Shown here: one piece after another, positions 8,040 through 16,975 of the stretch | Numbering within the stretch: position 1 is the stretch's first letter | Layout: each line of letters opens with the position of its first letter | Source of the DNA: Anaerolineales bacterium | GTDB lineage: Bacteria > Chloroflexota > Anaerolineae > Anaerolineales > UBA4823 | Assembly (NCBI GenBank): GCA_014859065.1 | Contig: JACUUU010000003.1 | Coordinates: 1 to 38,302, forward strand | DNA: 38,302 bases | Direction of reading: 5' to 3' | The notes under the pieces: generated by a model | Told to the model about the DNA's origin: nothing | The model's database searches: none | The model's input: the letters and a program-made list of their open reading frames with translations, nothing else | Made by a program: the position numbers and the translations under genes

Positions 8040-10007
8040 ATGTCAACACAGCACATCCTTATCCATCTATCTGACTCCTTTGACGGAGAAATGTTATCTC
8101 ATCGGACCTTACAGCCTGCTGGCTTCCAGGTGACTGTTGAAAAGCATCTCGAAATGTCTGCTGCATTGATCAAATCACAGGCAGTAGATGCGCTCATCAT
8201 CAGCGATGATGTTCTCGATAATGCAGGGATCGATTGGATATCCTCACTTACTAAACGTTTTCCATATTTCCCCATCATTTTACTAGCCAGACAGGGTTCC
8301 AACCTAACCCCAGTCGATGCTTACCGTTTGGGGGTAACTGACTATCTCACATTCCCTATTCAATCAAATGAAATCCTCCAAAGCATAGATCACGCACTTG
8401 GACGCACCCAAAATTGGATGGATTACATTCAAATTGAGGCTCAACGCCATACGAAATCCCTGAAAATGCAGTTGGACGAACTAAAAACCTTGGGGAAGAT
8501 TAGCCGTACTGTGACATCTTCCTTGGACCTGGACAGTGTATTGGAAGCTGTAGTAGATGGTGCGGTTGAAATCGCTAACGCTGAGGAGGGTAGCTTGCTG
8601 TTATTGGATGAGCTCAGCGGTGAACTCTTTATGCGGGCAGCCCGAAATTTTCAAGAGGATTTCGTACGCACATTCCGCCTCCCAGTTCATGATTCACTGG
8701 CTGGGGAAGTCATACGGACAGGCAAACCCCTGATTATTGACGAAGAACACCCTAAGAAAATCAAAACTTCCTACCTTGTTCACACGCTTATCTATGTGCC
8801 ACTAGCCATTAAAGGTAAAGTGATTGGCGTGCTAGGGGTTGATAACCGCTCCAGCGGTTCCATGTTCAATGAACATCATCTCACTTTGATCTCTGCAATG
8901 GCAGACATTGCCGCCATCGCCATTGAAAATGCCAAACTTTTCACGCACACAGTGTTTGAACGCAATAAACTGGAAACCATCCTGCAAAACATCCAAGATT
9001 GTGTCATCTTGGCGGACACCAACAGGCTATTGGTATTTATCAACCAAGCCGCTCGCCTAGCCTTCGGCATATCGCAGGGAGAAACTGTGACCGCTAAACC
9101 GGTTGAAAACATAATCCACAACCAGGAGTTATTGGAACTATTCGACCAACATCAAGGGCTAAGCCCTCGCCGCAGTGAAATTACGCTCGAGGATGGTCGC
9201 GTTTTCAATGCACAATTCACCCCTATCCCGCATGTCGACCTGGTGGCGGTTACCATGCAGGACATATCCCGGCTGAAGGAATTGAACAAGATCAAGAGTG
9301 ATTTCGTTAACACAGTGTCCCACGATTTAAGGTCTCCTCTTACCGCCATCGTAGGTTATGTAGATCTCATCGCCAGAACCGGTAGCCTAAATGACCAGCA
9401 GGCAGAGTACGTACGCCGCGTACAGAACAGCGTAAGGGATATCACTGACTTGATCAATGACCTTCTTGATTTGGGCAAGATCGAGGCTGGGTTAGATGCT
9501 CGCTTTGAAAGGCTGCTTCTCACCCCTATAATCACAGAAATCACCGATAATTTACAAGGTCAGCTCGCACAAAAACGGATTGCCCTGCATCTAAACCTCT
9601 TCGATGATTTACCTCAGATAATGGGCAATCCAGTGAGATTACGCCAGATGGTCACCAACCTGGTCGTCAATGCCCTTGAATATACGCCTCCTGGTGGAAC
9701 GATCGAGGTCATGGTAAGTCATGAAAGAGAGCAAATTATCTTAAGAGTCAGGGATACGGGGATTGGCATCTCACCTGCCGATCAACCCTTTATCTTCGAA
9801 AAGTTCTATCGAGGTAAGAACGTGCAAGGGAGTTCAGCAGGCAGCGGCTTGGGATTGTCGATTGTCAAATCCATCGTCGAAAATCACCAGGGGAGGATAT
9901 GGGTCGATTCAACCGTCGGTCAAGGGACGACCTTTACCGTCGTTCTGCCAGTTGTCAAACATAACGTTGAAGCATCTCAGCTTGACCGTGAGCCGGTTAT
10001 CCATTAA
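8040..10007 (+). CDS. Sensor histidine kinase, REC-GAF-PAS-HisKA-HATPase, soluble
   Basis: H-box SHDLRSPLT, N-box NLVVNA, G1 DTGIGI, F-box FEKFYR, G2 GSGLGL. GAF and PAS-like segments. No TM helix. Confidence 0.93.
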   Translation: MSTQHILIHLSDSFDGEMLSHRTLQPAGFQVTVEKHLEMSAALIKSQAVDALIISDDVLDNAGIDWISSLTKRFPYFPIILLARQGSNLTPVDAYRLGVTDYLTFPIQSNEILQSIDHALGRTQNWMDYIQIEAQRHTKSLKMQLDELKTLGKISRTVTSSLDLDSVLEAVVDGAVEIANAEEGSLLLLDELSGELFMRAARNFQEDFVRTFRLPVHDSLAGEVIRTGKPLIIDEEHPKKIKTSYLVHTLIYVPLAIKGKVIGVLGVDNRSSGSMFNEHHLTLISAMADIAAIAIENAKLFTHTVFERNKLETILQNIQDCVILADTNRLLVFINQAARLAFGISQGETVTAKPVENIIHNQELLELFDQHQGLSPRRSEITLEDGRVFNAQFTPIPHVDLVAVTMQDISRLKELNKIKSDFVNTVSHDLRSPLTAIVGYVDLIARTGSLNDQQAEYVRRVQNSVRDITDLINDLLDLGKIEAGLDARFERLLLTPIITEITDNLQGQLAQKRIALHLNLFDDLPQIMGNPVRLRQMVTNLVVNALEYTPPGGTIEVMVSHEREQIILRVRDTGIGISPADQPFIFEKFYRGKNVQGSSAGSGLGLSIVKSIVENHQGRIWVDSTVGQGTTFTVVLPVVKHNVEASQLDREPVIH

Positions 10008-10010
10008 AAT
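9982..10010 (+). promoter_or_regulatory. Sigma70 promoter for tRNA-Arg, embedded in the 3' end of the kinase gene
   Basis: TTGACC (9982-9987), 17 nt spacer, TAAAAT (10005-10010). Confidence 0.6.
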
Positions 10011-10033
10011 TTTAACAGTCATACAGAAGATTC

Positions 10034-10106
10034 GCCCTCGTAGCTCAGTGGATAGAGCATTTGCTTGCGGAGCAAAGGGCCGCGTGTTCGAATCACGCCG
10101 AGGGCG
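10034..10106 (+). tRNA. tRNA-Arg (GCG)
   Basis: Acceptor stem GCCCTCG/CGAGGGC, D-arm GCTC..GAGC with A20, anticodon arm TTTGC-TTGCGGA-GCAAA, T-arm GCGTG-TTCGAAT-CACGC. Followed by CCT, so CCA is not fully encoded. Confidence 0.95.
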
Positions 10107-10127
10107 CCTCAACAAAGCGAAACAAGA

Positions 10128-10170
10128 AACAGCTCATCAGCATGATTTATGAGCTGTTCTTACTTAATTT
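10128..10170 (+). terminator. Probable terminator after tRNA-Arg
   Basis: AACAGCTCAT (10128-10137) and ATGAGCTGTT (10149-10158), then a T-rich tail. Confidence 0.6.
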
Positions 10171-10441
10171 AGATTTTTGTTCATTAGCTTCTCTTTTCTT
10201 TGATGCACTTCTTCCAGATTTCTTGATCCAAATGATTGAGAAATGGGATTAGTTCATGATAAAATCTATGCCTTGGAGATAGATTGTCGGCACAGACGCT
10301 GGCAGTCAAGTGGAGGCCTTTTTATTATTAGGTATATCCAATCAAACCCAGTCCGTCTCCCCTCAAAATAGCTATTAGAACCAATTGCATACCTGCCTAT
10401 GGTTCTGGTGAATCAACGCTTATACCTTTTGGAGGATTGTA

Positions 10442-11080
10442 ATGGAACCAACGATTGCACAGATATTCGAGAACGTCATCAAAGGGGATCGCTCTGGTGT
10501 CGAAGAAAACGTTCAAAAAGCTGTAGAAGCAGGTCTTCCAGCCCAAGAGATCCTAAATGGGGGGTTAATTGCTGCCATGAGCGAGGTGGGGGCGCGTTTC
10601 GAACAGGGAGATTTCTTCGTGCCCGAAATGTTGATCGCTGCTCGAGCCATGCAAGCTGGCTTAGGTGTACTTAAACCTAAACTGGTAGAGCAGGGCGTAA
10701 AAGCTGCCAGTAAGGTCGTAATTGGCACGGTCAAAGGCGACTTACATGATATTGGCAAGAATCTGGTTGCTATGATGCTGGAAGGCGCCGGATTCGAGAT
10801 CGTAGATTTAGGCACCGATGTCCCACCAGAAAAGTTCCTGGCAGCCGTGAACGAACACAACCCCAGCCTTTTAGGAATGTCAGCGTTATTGACGACGACC
10901 ATGGCGAACATGAAAACGACCATCGCCACCTTAGAAGAAGGAGGCGTAAGGGATAAAGTAAAAGTAATCATTGGCGGAGCCCCGGTTACCGAAAGTTATG
11001 CTCAGCAAATCGGCGCCGATGGTTACGCAGCAGATGCCAGCCGGGCAGTAACCCTGGCGAAATCTTTGGAGACAGCCTAA
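10442..11080 (+). CDS. Corrinoid (cobalamin-binding) protein of methyltransferase systems, MtbC/MttC or MetH cap plus B12 domain-like
   Basis: Cap domain (GLIAAMSEVGARFE..FVPEML) plus GDLHDIGKNLV, SALLT and GGAP B12-binding motifs. SD GGAGG. Confidence 0.93.
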   Translation: MEPTIAQIFENVIKGDRSGVEENVQKAVEAGLPAQEILNGGLIAAMSEVGARFEQGDFFVPEMLIAARAMQAGLGVLKPKLVEQGVKAASKVVIGTVKGDLHDIGKNLVAMMLEGAGFEIVDLGTDVPPEKFLAAVNEHNPSLLGMSALLTTTMANMKTTIATLEEGGVRDKVKVIIGGAPVTESYAQQIGADGYAADASRAVTLAKSLETA

Positions 11081-11139
11081 GGCATTCTCCAGGATGAAAC
11101 CTATAATTCGTATGCGTTTCATGATTTCCTGGACAATGC

Positions 11140-11200
11140 TTAAAGTGTTCTGTCTAAAACTCTTTCAATAATAATAACCAAATTGGACAGAACACTTTAA
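11140..11200. repeat. Long inverted repeat downstream of the corrinoid gene
   Basis: TTAAAGTGTTCTGTC (11140-11154) and GACAGAACACTTTAA (11186-11200) are a perfect 15-bp pair, extending to 17/18. Confidence 0.85.
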
Positions 11201-11424
11201 AAAATCAAGCAAGCTGATTCAGGCATCTACGGATATATTTAATCCGGCAGCAGGTTGGATTATTGACCGGATAAAGGACAAATTCGAGATAGCGTCTGGT
11301 CGATCGTAAGCATTCGATTGACTCGAGCTAAGTTCTTCAACCCTCATCAAAGGTGTATTACTCGACCCTTGATGGGGGTTAACTATTAGTCGTATAAATA
11401 AAACCTACCCGGAGACAAAGAGAA

Positions 11425-12009
11425 ATGAATGCCACCCAAAAATTCCCCTCCTTCCAAAAACCTCGCCGCACCGAGATGGCGGTTGAGGATGCCTCCTGGA
11501 TACAGGATTTCCTTCTGCATGCCTCATTCGGTGTAATTGCCTTCATTCAAGACGAGCAACCTTACCTGCACACCAACCTGTTTGTTTATGAGACCGAAAG
11601 AGGAGCGATTTACATGCATTCCGGGCTTAAAGGGCGCATGCCGGCTGCCGCCTCAAAAGGGCTGCCAGCCTGTTTTACCGTCATTGAAATGGGGCGACTG
11701 CTACCCGCCAGCAAAGCCATATCTTTCGATGTCGAGTATGCCAGTGTGGTAGCCTTCGGTCAATTGACTATCCTCGCAGATCGAGCGCAACGGCGCCATA
11801 GTTTGCAGCTGCTGCTGGATAAATATGCGCCACACCTCAAGCCTGCTATAGATTACCAGCCAATCCAACCCGAAGAACTGGATAAGACGGTCGTCTATCA
11901 ATTTGCAATCGAAAGCTGGAGTGGGAAATTAAACCAGGAGGATGAGGATTTCCCCGGAGCGTACTATTACCCAGATTGGTCAGTGCTTAAACAAGCCACC
12001 TCACCATAG
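11425..12009 (+). CDS. Pyridoxamine 5'-phosphate oxidase-like flavin-binding protein (NimA-like)
   Basis: QPY..FVY, IYMHSG..GRM, YASVVAFG, and ESWSGK at the C-terminus. Confidence 0.85.
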   Translation: MNATQKFPSFQKPRRTEMAVEDASWIQDFLLHASFGVIAFIQDEQPYLHTNLFVYETERGAIYMHSGLKGRMPAAASKGLPACFTVIEMGRLLPASKAISFDVEYASVVAFGQLTILADRAQRRHSLQLLLDKYAPHLKPAIDYQPIQPEELDKTVVYQFAIESWSGKLNQEDEDFPGAYYYPDWSVLKQATSP

Positions 12010-12029
12010 CAAACCAGATAGAAAGATCA

Positions 12030-13634
12030 CTAATCACCCTCTATAAACCACCACACTTCTTTATCTGTGAGCGCCCAGGAGGGGTAAGGTTCGTGCATCA
12101 AGAATCGGTGAGCATACAGGCGCGCCAAGCGATCGTAACGCTCACCGCCCACCTGAGCCAGATCGTAGAGCAAAGCCACTTGGGCTGCATCTGCCAGTTG
12201 GGTGAGGGATTCCTTGGACACCCACTGCACTTCTTGCCGGCTTAGCATACCTAGATTTTCCAAGACTGTATCGATGGTTTGAAGTGCAAGGCGTGCCTCA
12301 GAGGTAGCAACTGCCTGTAAACGAGGGATGAAATCGTCTAAGAATGGTTCGTGTGCTCCCTTCTTGTGCATTGCCTCGACCATATCTAATGATTGGATGT
12401 TACTGGTGCCTTCCCAAATAGAAGTCACCAGGGCTTCGCGGTGCAAACGGGCAACCGTGACCTCCTCAAGAAATCCTAACCCTCCGAAGAGCTCCATAGC
12501 CAGCTGTGTGCATACCGAAGCATGTTCAGCAGTCCGGTTCTTGGCCAGGTGGGAGAGAAAACGGGCATAATGATAAGCAATCGTATAGGGAGGCCGTTCT
12601 TGCCAGGCCCGGTCGAACGCGTTTATGGCGTGGAAAACGAGGCTGAGACCAGCAGCTGTGCGAACTGCCAGATCGGTAAGATCCCACCGCACCAGGGGGT
12701 GTTCAATTAATCTCTTTTGAAAAGCGCTGCGCTCACGAGCGCGGAAAAGCGCTTCGAGATGTGCTTTCCTTGCCAGGCCCATTGCACCAACTGCGTTCGC
12801 CAAACGAGATACCGTGAGAGTTTCCAGAGTATAGTAGATTCCTTGAGACGCCTCACCAATCAAATATGCCTGGCTGCCCAAAAACTCGACTTCACCGGTG
12901 GGAACAGCCCGGGTAGCTGACTTGTCCTTTAACCTGCGTAGTAAGAAATTCAGATTGCCGTTCTCATCCAAACGCGGAACCAGGAAAAGCGCTAACCCTT
13001 TAGGACCTGCCTGGGCTCCTTCAGGTCTGGCGGTGACAATCGCACAGTCTGCCAATCCAGCATTGCTGGCAAAATACTTCGTGTCGCCATAAAGTCGCCA
13101 AACCCCATCAACAACTCTGGCAAGAGTAGTGTTGGCACCCAAATCACTGCCTCCCTGGGTCTCTGTCATCCAGGTAGCTCCCCAGGCTTCCCCAGAAAGG
13201 AGAGGTTCCAGCCAGTCCCTCTGGTCAGGCGCATACTTGTAGATTGCATAAGCAGTCTGATTTGTAACGATGAGCGAACAGTACAAGCCTGGGTCAGCCA
13301 ACAAGTAACCCAATGCAAAATGGTGATGCCAGGAGCTGCCCTCATATGGTGGGCGGTTGATAAAGGCCATATTTTTAAGAAGATCTCTATGTGCTGGGCT
13401 CAGTCTCACCCGGTCTACCCTTACGCCATTCAAATCGTGCATGACATGCAGTGGGACAGCCGTCCGGTCTACGTGATCAGCTACCTCATAAGCCAGGCCA
13501 CCTGCCAGCTCACCAAATTTTGAAAAGGTGCGTTCATGTTCGCTGTATTCAGGCCAATACCTTTTTAAATTAGTCTGAAGATCCGCATCCAATAACCAGT
13601 GGTTCTTTCCATAGGCATACGATTTGGTTAGCAT
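12030..13634 (-). CDS. Acyl-CoA dehydrogenase, AidB-like
   Basis: WMTETQGGSD, RRLKDK, FGGLGF and catalytic IWEGTSNIQ. SD GAGGT supports a start at 13634 rather than 13754. Confidence 0.9.
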   Translation of the reverse strand: MLTKSYAYGKNHWLLDADLQTNLKRYWPEYSEHERTFSKFGELAGGLAYEVADHVDRTAVPLHVMHDLNGVRVDRVRLSPAHRDLLKNMAFINRPPYEGSSWHHHFALGYLLADPGLYCSLIVTNQTAYAIYKYAPDQRDWLEPLLSGEAWGATWMTETQGGSDLGANTTLARVVDGVWRLYGDTKYFASNAGLADCAIVTARPEGAQAGPKGLALFLVPRLDENGNLNFLLRRLKDKSATRAVPTGEVEFLGSQAYLIGEASQGIYYTLETLTVSRLANAVGAMGLARKAHLEALFRARERSAFQKRLIEHPLVRWDLTDLAVRTAAGLSLVFHAINAFDRAWQERPPYTIAYHYARFLSHLAKNRTAEHASVCTQLAMELFGGLGFLEEVTVARLHREALVTSIWEGTSNIQSLDMVEAMHKKGAHEPFLDDFIPRLQAVATSEARLALQTIDTVLENLGMLSRQEVQWVSKESLTQLADAAQVALLYDLAQVGGERYDRLARLYAHRFLMHEPYPSWALTDKEVWWFIEGD

Positions 13635-13774
13635 GGAGACCTCATTTCTGAACTGAATATGATCAAAACTTGTTATTTGCATCAATATCCTACCACCAGG
13701 CAACTGCTCAGACAAGTACATAATCATATTGAACTTATCAAAGCAATGAACCAAAAAATATTACACCAATTCTA

Positions 13775-13804
13775 TTGACAGTGATGATATTATTACACTA
13801 CAAT
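13775..13804 (+). promoter_or_regulatory. Sigma70 promoter for the peptide ABC operon
   Basis: TTGACA (13775-13780), 18 nt spacer, TACAAT (13799-13804). Confidence 0.65.
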
Positions 13805-14088
13805 AGGGCAAGTCCAGTCTCCAGCGTTGATGTTCCTCAATTTAAGTAATGGTAGGTCGCACTTAACTGGAGGTGAGTGCCCACTACCAGGAATGGAGTC
13901 CAAAGTGGTGAAAGTTCTCAGGCTCCATCAAAATAAGGCGAAATTTGATTGGAGAGAAGACTTATGATATCCCTCTCAGTCTCATGCCGCCTATCTAAAG
14001 CACCATATCCAAGGTGCTTATTTTATAATCAATGACTGCCAAAGCCACCCATTAGATAATTTTTTAAATTAAGAAAAAGGAGAAGAAG

Positions 14089-15804
14089 ATGAACACAAAA
14101 AATATTTTATATATCTTCATCGTTCTGGCGCTGGTGTTAGGTTCTTGTGCCCCCGCAACAACAGAAGTACCTCCAGAGGATACTCCGGTAGTACCGCCGG
14201 AAGAAACCCCAGTAGTTCCGCCACCAGAAGAACCAACCCCAGAACCTCCAGCAGAACGTAAACTGGTGCGCTTGATTTTTACCCAGGAATTCGACACCCT
14301 CAACCCAATTTACACCAACATGTGGTTCTCTGCCATCACCCAGCAGATCTGGAATGCCTGGGCATGGGATTTTGACGTTGATAACAACCCTCGACCGATT
14401 TTGGTGAGTGAGATTCCAAGCCTGGATAACGGCGGGATTTCCCCCGATGGCACCGTCATCACCCTGACCTTGCGCGATAATATCGTCTGGTCAGATGGGA
14501 CACCGATCACCTCAGACGATTTCCGGTTCACATACGAAATGATCGTCGACCCGAATAACACGGTTGCCTCTACTTATCCTTATGATCTGATCGTAAGCCT
14601 GGAGACCCCCGATGCGTATACGGTAGTCACAACCTTCGAGGAACCGTTCGCACCCTGGGTTGGGGCACTGTGGAATGTAATCCTACCTGCTCACATACTC
14701 CGACCTGTATACGAGGCAGAAGGTACCATCGATACCGCCGCCTGGAACTGGGAGCCAACTGTAGGCGCAGGTCCATTCGTCTTCGCTGAATGGGAATCGG
14801 GCAGCTTCGCCCGCTTCGTTGCCAATGACAATTACTGGCTTGGTCGACCCAAGATCGACGAGGTCTTTATCCGCTTTGTGCCTGACGATGCCTCCCAGGT
14901 AGCCGCGCTACTTGCAGGGGATGGAGATTTGGGTACCTTTATCAGCTACTCTGATATTGGAGCTCTCGAAGATGCCGGGCTGGATATCTTTTCGGTGCCT
15001 TCTGGTTACAACGAGCTGTTGTTCTTCTACCTGCACCCCGAGAACGCCCACCCCGCTTTGTTTGATGTGCGCGTTCGCCAGGCAATTGCACTTGCCTTCG
15101 ACCGATTCGCCATCAACGAGGACCTGCTGCTGGGTCTTACCGAACCGGCTGTCTCTTACTGGGACAATACCCCTTATGTCGACCCAAGCCTTTCACCTTG
15201 GCCTTACGACCCGGAGCGAGCGCGCCAATTGCTGGATGAAGCCGGCTGGATAGATACCAATGGTGATGGTGTGCGTGACAAAGACGGAGTCGAACTTGTC
15301 TTGACTTACGGCACAACTACGCGGCAAATTCGTCAGGATACCCAGGCTGTCGCTCAACAACAGCTGGCTGAAGTCGGAATCCAGGTTGAGCTCTACAACT
15401 ACGATCCGGATATCTATTTTTCCGGATATGGTGAAGGCGGCCCGGCTGCCACCGGTCAATTAGACCTTTTCCAATACTCAACCACCACCAACTACCCCGA
15501 CCCCGATACTGCTGATTACCTGTGCAGTGAGATACCGACCGACGAATCTCCAGCTGGGGTAAACTGGGCAGCTCTCTGTGATGAAGAGCTGGATCGTCTC
15601 TTCCGGCTGCAGGCTACTCAGGTAGACTTCGAAGCTCGTCAGCAGACCTACTGGGAGATGAGCCGCATCATGTACGAGCAAGTCTATATCCTGGGAGTCT
15701 GGAGAGATCCGGATATCTGGGCAGTCAACGAAAGGGTCCTTAACGTCGAGCTCTCTGGCGCTACCCCATTCTTCAACATCCTTGAATGGGATCTGCTGCC
15801 GTAA
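14089..15804 (+). CDS. Peptide/nickel ABC transporter substrate-binding lipoprotein (family 5)
   Basis: Lipobox LGSC, Pro/Glu/Thr linker, WSDGTPITSDD, VGAGPF and VRVRQAIALA motifs. Confidence 0.95.
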   Translation: MNTKNILYIFIVLALVLGSCAPATTEVPPEDTPVVPPEETPVVPPPEEPTPEPPAERKLVRLIFTQEFDTLNPIYTNMWFSAITQQIWNAWAWDFDVDNNPRPILVSEIPSLDNGGISPDGTVITLTLRDNIVWSDGTPITSDDFRFTYEMIVDPNNTVASTYPYDLIVSLETPDAYTVVTTFEEPFAPWVGALWNVILPAHILRPVYEAEGTIDTAAWNWEPTVGAGPFVFAEWESGSFARFVANDNYWLGRPKIDEVFIRFVPDDASQVAALLAGDGDLGTFISYSDIGALEDAGLDIFSVPSGYNELLFFYLHPENAHPALFDVRVRQAIALAFDRFAINEDLLLGLTEPAVSYWDNTPYVDPSLSPWPYDPERARQLLDEAGWIDTNGDGVRDKDGVELVLTYGTTTRQIRQDTQAVAQQQLAEVGIQVELYNYDPDIYFSGYGEGGPAATGQLDLFQYSTTTNYPDPDTADYLCSEIPTDESPAGVNWAALCDEELDRLFRLQATQVDFEARQQTYWEMSRIMYEQVYILGVWRDPDIWAVNERVLNVELSGATPFFNILEWDLLP

Positions 15805-15869
15805 AACTAGATTAACATCATTTTCTGGAACTCTTTTACGCTGAGTTTCAGGACTAAGTAAAACCAAAG

Positions 15870-15917
15870 CCGGAGTCTGATTCTTTCCTGTACATATACA
15901 GCAAGGTCGGACTCCGG
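15870..15917 (+). promoter_or_regulatory. Intergenic stem-loop after the substrate-binding protein gene (mRNA stabiliser or partial attenuator)
   Basis: CCGGAGTCTGA (15870-15880) and TCGGACTCCGG (15907-15917), with no strong U-tract. Confidence 0.6.
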
Positions 15918-15940
15918 AATTATCATAAATTCGCATTCTT

Positions 15941-16975
15941 ATGACTCGCTATATCGCCCGTCGTTTACTTCAAGCCATCCCACTTCTCTTCATCATCAGT
16001 TTCGCATTGTTCTTCATGATGCAGAAAATGGGAGATCCGCTGGCTACTATGGGTGGTCGGACTATGACCCGCTCTGCAGACCGCGAAAGGCTCACCCGTC
16101 AGCTTGGCCTGGATAAACCGATCGTCGTCCAGTATCTCTACTGGTTGATCGGAAATGATTGGACCATGATTGATATGGACGGGGATGGCATTGCCGAGAC
16201 ACCGGGAACTCGTAAAGGAGTGCTGCGCGGTGACTTTGGCACCTCCCTGGTCAGCCGCGGCCGACCGGTGCTGGACGTGATCTGGGACCGGCTTCCTAAT
16301 ACTTTATTGTTGATGCTCACTGCGGAAGTGATCATCATCCTGGGTGCGCTGTTGATCGGGGTTTATTCTGCGCTGCGCCAGTATTCATTTGTTGATAACA
16401 CTGTCACCAGCGTAACCTTCGTGCTGTATTCCATGCCGGTATTCTTCTTTGCCCTGGTGGTCATGTACATCTTTGCAGTCAATTTCAAACGTTGGGGGCT
16501 GCCTTATTTGCCGACCGTCGGGATGTTTGACCCCATGGTTGGTAAAACTCCATTTGAAGTTGCCAAGCACATGGTTCTACCGGTAATGACCCTTTCATTC
16601 GGTTATTTCGCAGCTTACAGCCGCTACATCCGCAGCGCCATGTTGGAAGTCCTCAGCAAAGATTTCATCCGCACTGCTAAATCAAAGGGATTACCCCGCC
16701 ACCAGGTTGTCTATATCCACGCTTTGAAGAACGCCTCGCTACCCATTGTCACTGTAATCGGGTTAGATTTACCTTTCCTTTTGGGAGGGGCAATCGTCAC
16801 CGAGCGCATATTCGCCTGGCCAGGGATGGGCCGCCTGTTCCTGGATCACGTCTCGCGCGCCGACACACCCGTGGTCATGGGTATTTTAATGTTGATCGCC
16901 ACGGCAGTGATCGTCTTCCAGATCATCACCGATATTGTCTACGCCTGGCTCGACCCCCGTATCCGTTATGACTGA
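15941..16975 (+). CDS. Opp/Dpp ABC permease (OppB/DppB-like)
   Basis: GDFGTSL, EAA-type loop DFIRTAKSKGL, and ERIFAWPGMG. Confidence 0.95.
   Translation: MTRYIARRLLQAIPLLFIISFALFFMMQKMGDPLATMGGRTMTRSADRERLTRQLGLDKPIVVQYLYWLIGNDWTMIDMDGDGIAETPGTRKGVLRGDFGTSLVSRGRPVLDVIWDRLPNTLLLMLTAEVIIILGALLIGVYSALRQYSFVDNTVTSVTFVLYSMPVFFFALVVMYIFAVNFKRWGLPYLPTVGMFDPMVGKTPFEVAKHMVLPVMTLSFGYFAAYSRYIRSAMLEVLSKDFIRTAKSKGLPRHQVVYIHALKNASLPIVTVIGLDLPFLLGGAIVTERIFAWPGMGRLFLDHVSRADTPVVMGILMLIATAVIVFQIITDIVYAWLDPRIRYD

Noticed and set aside
136-10106. Genomic island bounded by the two tRNA genes
   Set aside because: No integrase, no duplicated tRNA 3' end seen, and the cargo looks like core genes.
9763-10252. Short ORFs spanning tRNA-Arg
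   Set aside because: They overlap a tRNA and the kinase gene, with no protein motifs.
10260-10441. Cobalamin or SAM riboswitch upstream of the corrinoid gene
   Set aside because: No B12-box, GGGAA..GCCCCCGC or S-box core is recognisable. Only short hairpins are present.
13890-13990. Glycine riboswitch (GGAGAG and TCTCAGG-like words)
   Set aside because: The conserved CCGAAG element is missing and the motif order does not fit.
14155-14255. Tandem repeat or CRISPR-like periodicity
   Set aside because: It is a degenerate coding repeat for the Pro/Glu/Thr lipoprotein linker, with no identical DNA repeats or spacers.
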